NCBI GenBank assembly: GCA_965652295.1
Contig: CBFGTS010000004.1
Span: forward strand, 32,001 to 96,000
Source: an uncultured Haloferula sp.
GTDB taxonomy: Bacteria > Verrucomicrobiota > Verrucomicrobiia > Verrucomicrobiales > Akkermansiaceae
Length of the DNA stretch: 64,000 nucleotides
Direction: 5' to 3'
The position numbers and the translations under genes were made by a program. Shown here piece by piece: positions 57,477-64,000 of this stretch. The notes under the pieces are model-generated. The model was not told the DNA's origin and did not search any database. It was given only the letters and a program-made list of their open reading frames with translations. Position 1 is the stretch's first letter. Each line of letters starts with the position of its first letter.

Positions 57477-59507
57477 CTACTCCGGCGCCGTGGCGAGGTA
57501 GTCTTCCATGATCTGCCGGATCTGAAGGGAGAGCGGGTCTTGTCCGCGGTAGGCAGCCATGGCTTCAGGGGAATCGATCCGCTCAGCGGTGGCGTGGGAA
57601 ACGTGGTGGCTCTCAATGAGGCGGTCCACCCCGGTCCAGACGGCAAAGAGGCAGGCGGTTGCGGTGAGCGGACGGGTGAGGGCTCGGAGGGCGGTCGCTG
57701 CCTGAAGTCGGCGGTGGCCGCTGTAAAGCAAGGTGCCGAACGATAACAAAAAGAGCACGAGAAGAAGGCCGAGCATGCCGAAGAACGACAGCCAGATCGG
57801 TTCCGGATCGATATCGGGGAAAAAGCGATCGAGCTGCATCAGTGCGGTTGCGGTGGGAGCGCAGGCCAAGGCGAGAAGTCCGAGGAGCAGTAGCGGAGTT
57901 CGGGCGATCGGCCGAAAACCCAGAGGGGCTGCCCGGCGGGTGAGAGCAAGGCTGATCTCGCGGACGGTGAGGAAGAGGACGGCGACGATGAGTGAGGCGA
58001 GCTTCAAGAGCACGGCTGCGGCGTGGAGGCCGTTCATCGTGGTATCGCGCGGATGGAGAAACGGAATTTCCAGCGTGGCGACGATGAATGCCGTAGGTGC
58101 GAGGATGCCGAGGAGGAAGACCCGGACGTAGTCGCGGGGAAGGAGCACGCTGGAGACCCGGGCCGGGAGCCAGAGGAGGCGGCTGGAGGAAGTGAGGGAG
58201 AGCGTGGACAGGATGCCGAGGAGGATGAGCGTGATGATCATCGCGTAGGTGAGGTAGAGGCTTTCGAACATGCGGTGTTCGGCGAGGCGGGCATAAGGTG
58301 CTGGTTGGCCATGGAAGGATATTGAGGACCTTTGAGTATCCAGACCGGGCACCTTACTGGTGAGACGTATGATCTCCTTCTGGTGGTCTAAGTAGGAGTC
58401 GAAGAACTCCGCTTCGTTCGGCAATCCAGCGTGCTCGCACGCGCGTGCCATGCTTTGAGCGGAAAGCACGGTGAAGTTCCAGTGTTTGGCATCGCCCCCC
58501 ATGGTTTCCGAAACCAATGAGGCCAATGTCGCCCTCCACAGCCTTGCAAGGGATGCGATGTCCCTGGGCTGGTTGGAGGCACGCCAACCTTCCGCCCTCC
58601 CAACGAAAAGATAGGCGAGGCGCGAGAAGCAGAGGGGTGGATTGATGGCTTTCGCATCGGAGACGATGGCCAGGTCGAGGCCGATATCGGAGAATTGTGT
58701 GGGTGCGGGCCAATTCTTGAAACGTGCGTCAAGCCGCTCATCGCAACGATCTGCGATGAATTGTGAACCCAGTGCTTTTTCGAGCAGGAACCAAGCCTGT
58801 TCGTAGCTTTTGGAGTCGACGAGAAGCCTCTCTTTAGGTTCCCAGCGGGGCTCATAACCGACGTCTTCGTCGAAGGCCTTGCCTGTCAAAAGCGTGGAAA
58901 TGACGAGGTGATAGTATCCGTTCCCCGGGTCGATTTTCTCAGCTTGAAGAAGAAGCGAATCGAAGTCGGCGTCGGGCATCACGGATTCCCTACGGAATCG
59001 TTCGGCAAAGGTCGCTGGTTCCGCCGGAGTTCCTTTCCATGCAGCCAGCCACCGCTTGTCGGGCTGGAGCTGACCTGTGTCGCCTAAAACGAGATCGACC
59101 TTTGAGGCGGGAACCCTTGTTGCAAGCGTGGAGTAAAGGGAGAAAGGTCTCCACCGCTGCTCCCAGCTCAATGTCTCAAAGATTCGGAGAAGCCTATCGG
59201 CACGGATGTCGGGTTCCGTAAATCCGATTTGTGAAACGAGTGCGATTCCACGCCATCTTTCAGTCGCTCCAGGACTCGCAACCACAAGCCAAAAGAGTCC
59301 CAGGGAAATGAAGGCGAGGGTGATGGTGAGCAGGTGGCTTTTGCGGGAGCGAGGGGGAGGTGACGGATCCACGGGGTGGCTCTCCAGGGGCACGGCCGTG
59401 GCGGCCTCGAAGAGGAGGTGGCGACGTTGCTCGTTCTTTGGATCGTCATCGGGGTAGGAGTCGATGACGGCGTCGATCCAAGGGTTTTTGGGTGGGCTTT
59501 GTGGCAT
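57477..59507 (-). CDS. Hypothetical membrane protein (N-terminal anchor, large helical periplasmic domain, ~5 C-terminal TM)
   Basis: 676-aa ORF with a clear hydropathy pattern and TPR-like AEKIDPGNGYY; the start lies within a REP copy and is uncertain. Confidence 0.72.
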   Translation of the reverse strand: MPQSPPKNPWIDAVIDSYPDDDPKNEQRRHLLFEAATAVPLESHPVDPSPPPRSRKSHLLTITLAFISLGLFWLVVASPGATERWRGIALVSQIGFTEPDIRADRLLRIFETLSWEQRWRPFSLYSTLATRVPASKVDLVLGDTGQLQPDKRWLAAWKGTPAEPATFAERFRRESVMPDADFDSLLLQAEKIDPGNGYYHLVISTLLTGKAFDEDVGYEPRWEPKERLLVDSKSYEQAWFLLEKALGSQFIADRCDERLDARFKNWPAPTQFSDIGLDLAIVSDAKAINPPLCFSRLAYLFVGRAEGWRASNQPRDIASLARLWRATLASLVSETMGGDAKHWNFTVLSAQSMARACEHAGLPNEAEFFDSYLDHQKEIIRLTSKVPGLDTQRSSISFHGQPAPYARLAEHRMFESLYLTYAMIITLILLGILSTLSLTSSSRLLWLPARVSSVLLPRDYVRVFLLGILAPTAFIVATLEIPFLHPRDTTMNGLHAAAVLLKLASLIVAVLFLTVREISLALTRRAAPLGFRPIARTPLLLLGLLALACAPTATALMQLDRFFPDIDPEPIWLSFFGMLGLLLVLFLLSFGTLLYSGHRRLQAATALRALTRPLTATACLFAVWTGVDRLIESHHVSHATAERIDSPEAMAAYRGQDPLSLQIRQIMEDYLATAPE

Positions 59508-59786
59508 GACCGCGTCCTACGACGAGTCGGAGGTTCCGGTCATGAAAAGGGGAGCTGCGTCTGAGGGGAAGGCGGATTGTGGTGGGTGGCTTCGGACTGC
59601 CGGGATCATGACCGAGACGGTCATGCCACTGGTAGGGTGAGCGGGCTTGGCGGATGGAATCCGCCGCTACGGAGGGGGTGGCTTCGGACTGCCGGGATTC
59701 ATGACCGAGACCTCCGACTCGTCGGGGCGCGCGGTCATGCCACTGGTGGGGTGGGTGGGCTTGGCGGATGGAATCCGCCGCCACGG
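59501..59786. repeat. Mosaic cluster of REP-like palindromes (families A and B)
   Basis: A copies at 59501-59546, 59606-59629 and 59698-59743; B copies at 59632-59671 and 59746-59785; two tandem composite units. Confidence 0.88.
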
Positions 59787-61447
59787 TGGAGCTTGGTGTA
59801 GGGACCGTTGTTCTGGAGAAGTTCGGCGTGGGTGCCGGATTCGGCGATGCGGCCATCGACGAGGACGATGATGCGATCGGCGGCCTCGATGGTGCTGAGA
59901 CGGTGGGCGATGACGAAGCAGGTGCGGTCGGCGCGGAGGATTTCGAGGGCTTGTTGGACGAGGCGCTCGGTGCGGTTGTCGAGGGCGGAGGTGGCTTCGT
60001 CGAGAAGCAGGATGGGCGGGTTTCTCAACAGCGCACGGGCGATGGAGAGACGCTGCTTTTCTCCGCCGGAAAACCGGATGCCGCGCTCGCCGGCAAGGGT
60101 GTCGAGCCCCTCCGGGAGCTCGCGGACGAAAACAGCGGCGTTGGCACTTTCAAGAGCGGCCCAGAGTTCATCGTCGGTGGCCTCGGGGCGGGCGATGCGG
60201 AGGTTGGCGCGAAGGGTGTCGTTGAAAAGAAAGCTGTCCTGGGTGACGTAGCCGATGCGGTCGCGCAGCCATTCTTTGGAGATCCCGGCCAGAGGTTGGT
60301 CATCGAGGAGAAGGCGGCCGGCGGTGGGTTCGTAGAATCGGGCGATGAGGTGGAGCAGGGTGGACTTCCCGGCACCGGTGGGACCGACGAGGGCGATGGT
60401 CTGGCCGGGGGCGGCGTGGAGGGAGATGCCGGAAACGGCGGGGTCGGAGCTACTGTTTTCATCGTAGCTGAAGGAGACGTCTTCGAAGCGGATATCGCCG
60501 CGCAGGGAGGCGGGCTGGAGTCCCTCGGTGAGATGCGGCTCGGCGGGACGGTCGAGGATTTCGCGAACGCGGCGGGTGGCGGTGCGACCGCGGTTGAAGG
60601 TCTGGGAGAGGGGGTTGATCTTCGAGACGGGATCAAAGAGAAAGCCCCAGGCAAAGAGGAAGTAGAACAGGGTGCCGGGGGAGATGTCGCCCTGGAGGAC
60701 GCGCCAGGCACCGTAGGCGACCATGAGGATGATGCCGGTCTCGGCGAGCAGGGAAACGAAGGGCCAAACGAGGGCCTGGCCTTTCATGACGCGCAGGTAG
60801 GACCGGCGGGTACGGTGGGAGGCGGCGGCGAAGGAGTCGAGCGTCTCGGGCTCGTGGGTGAAGACCTTGATCTGACGGATGCCGGAAAGGGAATCGTGGA
60901 GCCGTGAGTGGAGGTCGGCAGTGGCTTCGGACGACGCGCGCCAATGCGGGGCGGCGCGAACGGAGTGCCGCCAGGTGATGAGACCGATGAGGGGCAGGGG
61001 GGCGATGGCGACGAGGGCGAGCTGCCAATCGTGCCAGAAGAGTGCGCCGAGGATGGCGAGGAACTGGAACAGGGCGGGCAGGGCGACGTCGAGGGATTCG
61101 ACGAGCAGGCGCTGCATGGCGGGGACGTCATCAGCCACGCGGGACATGATTTCGCCGGAGGCGTGTCGATCAAACCAGCGGACGGGCTGGCGCTGGAGTC
61201 GGTCGAAGAGACGGACGCGGAGGTCGTGGATGAGGCGCGCCTCGTAGGACTGGGCGAGGAACGAGCGGAGCGAAAGCAGGGCCTGGCGCAGGGCGATGGC
61301 AGCGACGCCGATGAGGGTGGTGCGGAGGATCAGGTCGGGCCGGTTTTGGCCGATGATGACATCGGTGAACTCGCGCGCGATGGTCGGGATGACGAGGACC
61401 AGCGAGGTGCCGACGAGCGCGAGGACGATGAGGAGGAGGGCGCGCAT
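59735..61447 (-). CDS. ABC exporter, fused permease/ATPase (MsbA/MdlB-like)
   Basis: Six-TM N-terminal half; GPTGAGKST, FSGGEKQR, LDEATSALD, IAHRLST. Confidence 0.93.
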   Translation of the reverse strand: MRALLLIVLALVGTSLVLVIPTIAREFTDVIIGQNRPDLILRTTLIGVAAIALRQALLSLRSFLAQSYEARLIHDLRVRLFDRLQRQPVRWFDRHASGEIMSRVADDVPAMQRLLVESLDVALPALFQFLAILGALFWHDWQLALVAIAPLPLIGLITWRHSVRAAPHWRASSEATADLHSRLHDSLSGIRQIKVFTHEPETLDSFAAASHRTRRSYLRVMKGQALVWPFVSLLAETGIILMVAYGAWRVLQGDISPGTLFYFLFAWGFLFDPVSKINPLSQTFNRGRTATRRVREILDRPAEPHLTEGLQPASLRGDIRFEDVSFSYDENSSSDPAVSGISLHAAPGQTIALVGPTGAGKSTLLHLIARFYEPTAGRLLLDDQPLAGISKEWLRDRIGYVTQDSFLFNDTLRANLRIARPEATDDELWAALESANAAVFVRELPEGLDTLAGERGIRFSGGEKQRLSIARALLRNPPILLLDEATSALDNRTERLVQQALEILRADRTCFVIAHRLSTIEAADRIIVLVDGRIAESGTHAELLQNNGPYTKLHRGGGFHPPSPPTPPVA

Positions 61448-61480
61448 GTCGGGTGAGTGGAAAGGAAAAAGGGGGAAGTG

Positions 61481-61517
61481 AAAAGCCGGGCTCTTCGGGA
61501 GAAGAGACCGGCTTTTT
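61481..61517. terminator. Intrinsic terminator downstream of bioB
   Basis: AAAAGCCGG(G)CTCTTC-GGGA-GAAGAG(A)CCGGCTTTTT. Confidence 0.8.
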
Positions 61518-61549
61518 GAGAAGGAGGCGGCGGGGCCGTCGCGGCGGCG

Positions 61550-62542
61550 TCAGCAGCTGGGGCAGAGCGGGGCTTCCTCGGTGCGGGCGGGGGCTTCGAG
61601 GAGCGGATTGGGGGCGAGGGTGCCGAGACCGATTTTTCCGAGGAGTTTGCGGTCGCGCTCGATGGCGGGGTTTTTACCGGTGAGCAGTTTTTCGCCGTAG
61701 AAAATGGAATTGGCTCCGGCGTAGAAGCAGAGGGTTTGGAGCTCGTCGGACATGCGCTCGCGGCCGGCGGAGAGGCGGACCTTGGACTTGGGCATGGCGA
61801 TGCGGGCGACGGCGATCATGCGGACGACATCGAGCGGCTCGACAGGAGCGGTGCCTTCGAGCGGGGTGCCGGGCATGGGCATGAGGGAGTTGATCGGCAC
61901 GCTCTCGGGCTGCGGGTTGAAGCTGGAAATGATTTCCAGCATGCGCAGGCGGTCTTTGGTCGTTTCGCCGAGGCCGAGGATGCCGCCGCAGCAGACGGAC
62001 ATGCCGGCGTCCTGCACGTTGCGGATGGTGTTGAGCCGGTCCTCGTAGGTGTGGGAGGTGACGATGTTCGGGTAGTGTTCGGGCGAGGTGTCGAGGTTGT
62101 GGTTGTAGGCGGTGACGCCGGCCTCGCGGAGCCGCTTGGCTTCCTCGGGACCCACTTCGCCGAGGGTCACGCAAACCTCCATGCCGAGGGTGGAAACCTC
62201 GCGGATGATTTCGAGGACCTGCTCGAAGCGCTCGGTGCCGCCGCGGACGCCTCGCCAGGCGGCACCCATGCAGAAACGGGTGGAGCCGGTTTCGCGGGCG
62301 TGGCGGGCGCGCTGCATGACGGCTTCTTTTTCCATGAGGCGCTCGAGCGGGACGCCGGAATTGTAGCGGGCGGACTGGGCGCAGTAGGAGCAGTCTTCGG
62401 AACAACCGCCGGTCTTGATGGAGAGCAGGGTGCAGAGCTGGACTTCGCCCTCGGGCCAGTGGCTCTCGTGAACCTCGTGGGCTTGCTTGAGGAGATCGAA
62501 AAGCGGGAGGTCGTGAAGGGCCTGGAGTTCGTCGAAGGTCAT
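61550..62542 (-). CDS. bioB: Biotin synthase
   Basis: SIKTGGCSEDCSYCAQS, RFCMGAAW, YNHNLDTS, CCGGILGLGE, PESVPIN, GANSIFYG. Confidence 0.97.
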   Translation of the reverse strand: MTFDELQALHDLPLFDLLKQAHEVHESHWPEGEVQLCTLLSIKTGGCSEDCSYCAQSARYNSGVPLERLMEKEAVMQRARHARETGSTRFCMGAAWRGVRGGTERFEQVLEIIREVSTLGMEVCVTLGEVGPEEAKRLREAGVTAYNHNLDTSPEHYPNIVTSHTYEDRLNTIRNVQDAGMSVCCGGILGLGETTKDRLRMLEIISSFNPQPESVPINSLMPMPGTPLEGTAPVEPLDVVRMIAVARIAMPKSKVRLSAGRERMSDELQTLCFYAGANSIFYGEKLLTGKNPAIERDRKLLGKIGLGTLAPNPLLEAPARTEEAPLCPSC

Positions 62543-62639
62543 GAGCTTGGTGGGATCGAAGGTGGAGAGAGGCTTACGGCGTCGGCGCGAGCTTGGCTCG
62601 GCGTTCCTTGCTGGATGATGGTTGCGGTTTGCTGGCGGG

Positions 62640-63329
62640 TCAGCGGGCCCAGCGGCCTTTGACGACGGGCATGATGCCGCGTCCGACAACGGTGTAGTCG
62701 GTGGGACCCACAGCCCCTTCGAGCGGCACGCCGAGGTGGCGCTTCCACACCTGGCTCATGCTCTCGCCGGTGTGGCAGCCCCAGCTCTTGCAGTAGGCGT
62801 TCTTGGCGAAAATGGAGCGGCTGATGCGATGGATGTCGTTCTCGTGCAGCCATGCGGTGGAGGCGGCCATGATGTCGTTGCCGTAGTCGAGCATGAAGCA
62901 GAACTTGTTACTATGACCGAAGTAGTCAAAAGTCTGGATCGATCCGCGCGGCCGGCTGTTGAGGGCGTTGACGAAATCACCCGAGGACGAGACCCAGCGC
63001 AGGGTCGCGTTGCGTTTGGCGGCCAACTCGCTGATCCAGGTAGTGTAGGGTTTGCCATCCTCGGCGGAGCGTGACTGATAGCCGGGGCGGTAGACGATCC
63101 AGACGAGCGGAGCGTTTTCGCCGTAGGCCTTGCGGATCTCCACCATGCGCAGCGTGGAGCCGCGGACGAAGTTCGCCCACCAACGATCGTGCTGGTCACG
63201 CTTCACACGCAGGTCTTCCCATTTGCGCAACGCGGGCCCGCCGGTGACGATGACGTGGTCGGCGAGGGCGGTGGGGATCAGCCCGAGAACCAGCAGGGCG
63301 ATCAGAAGGTGGCGGAGGATGGCGGGCAT
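62640..63329 (-). CDS. Hypothetical secreted protein
   Basis: Signal peptide ending ALA; motifs FDYFGHSN and SWGCHTGE. Confidence 0.75.
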   Translation of the reverse strand: MPAILRHLLIALLVLGLIPTALADHVIVTGGPALRKWEDLRVKRDQHDRWWANFVRGSTLRMVEIRKAYGENAPLVWIVYRPGYQSRSAEDGKPYTTWISELAAKRNATLRWVSSSGDFVNALNSRPRGSIQTFDYFGHSNKFCFMLDYGNDIMAASTAWLHENDIHRISRSIFAKNAYCKSWGCHTGESMSQVWKRHLGVPLEGAVGPTDYTVVGRGIMPVVKGRWAR

Positions 63330-63378
63330 GACGCGGGGCATTGGAAGGTCTGGAGGCGTGATTGGCAAATGCTGGATT

Positions 63379-64000
63379 TCAGCTGCGGGCGAAGGCATTG
63401 GCCATTTTTTCGAGACCTTCGAGCATCCGTGAGCGCGGACAGGCGAAGTTGAAGCGGAGCCAGCCGGGCCAGCCGAAGTAGGCACCGTCGGAAACGAAGA
63501 GCCCGGCTGCCTTCTCGAGATGGAGCGCGGGGTTGTCGTGACCGGTGGCGCGGGCGTCGATCCACTGGAGGTAGGTGGCTTCTCCGATCACCGGCTTCAG
63601 CGCGGGAATGTTGGCGGCGAGGAACTTCAGGAGGGTATCGCGGTTTTCCCGGAGGTAATCGATGAGTTCCAAGCGCCAGGGTTCGCCGTGGCGGTAGGCG
63701 GCCTCGGCTGCGTAGTAGGAGAGGGCGTTGATCTCGCTGAGGGTGTGGCCGCGGGCGGCGGAGAATTTCCGGCGGATGGAGTCGTCTGGGATCACGGCGT
63801 AGGCATAACCGAGGCCGGCGATGTTCCAGGTCTTGCTGGGGGAAAGCAGCGTGATGGTGTGCTGACGGAGCTCCTCCGGCAGGCGCAGCGCGGAGAAATG
63901 GGGCGTGGCGGCTTCGTCGAGGATCAGGTCGCAGTGGATCTCGTCGGAAACCAGGATGAGCTGGTGATCACGGCAGAATTCGGCGGCTTTCCGGACCTCC
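63379..64000 (-). CDS. PatB/MalY-family PLP-dependent C-S lyase/aminotransferase (5' end truncated by the window edge)
   Basis: VSDEIHCDL, SPSKTWNIAGL, EATYLQWID, LRFNFACPRS. Confidence 0.9.
   Translation of the reverse strand, partial: EVRKAAEFCRDHQLILVSDEIHCDLILDEAATPHFSALRLPEELRQHTITLLSPSKTWNIAGLGYAYAVIPDDSIRRKFSAARGHTLSEINALSYYAAEAAYRHGEPWRLELIDYLRENRDTLLKFLAANIPALKPVIGEATYLQWIDARATGHDNPALHLEKAAGLFVSDGAYFGWPGWLRFNFACPRSRMLEGLEKMANAFARS

Noticed and set aside
59501..59786. Possible CRISPR array
   Set aside because: Repeats are in both orientations, vary in length, the intervening sequences are themselves repeated, and no cas genes are present.

Overview
GC-rich, gene-dense chromosomal window, most likely from a member of the Verrucomicrobiota (inferred from a PEP-CTERM protein, DUF5069, a DUF6600-type lipoprotein, a membrane-tethered ECF sigma factor and a TGTTC-N4-GAACA SOS box before lexA). 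It is mostly housekeeping genes (crcB, thiG, mdh, hpt, class I fumarase, lexA, bcp, hinT, nrdR, sdhB, plsX-rpmF-yceD-gluQ, cysteine desulfurase, ribBA, dodecin, bioB, patB/malY). Four accessory elements stand out. (1) A ~17-kb glycan-tailoring island (21261-38599) with three paralogous MBOAT + SGNH/DltD-like acyl-transfer modules, each MBOAT ending in an FIY(F/Y)QF motif, plus fucosyl-, sulfo- and methyltransferase-like genes, rfbB and a sugar kinase. (2) A DUF1080 / TIM-barrel / Gfo-Idh-MocA operon with an Nramp-like transporter, resembling keto-glycoside (non-hydrolytic) glycoside breakdown. (3) An ECF sigma factor fused to a periplasmic repeat domain, followed by a sigma-less paralogue. (4) At least four families of GTRG-tagged REP-like palindromes, including a mosaic cluster at 59.5-59.8 kb that overlaps gene ends. 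A FitAB/VapBC-like toxin-antitoxin pair is also present. No rRNA, tRNA, CRISPR array, transposase or integrase was recognised. All calls come from reading motifs by eye; no database searches were run, and several start codons are my own estimates.
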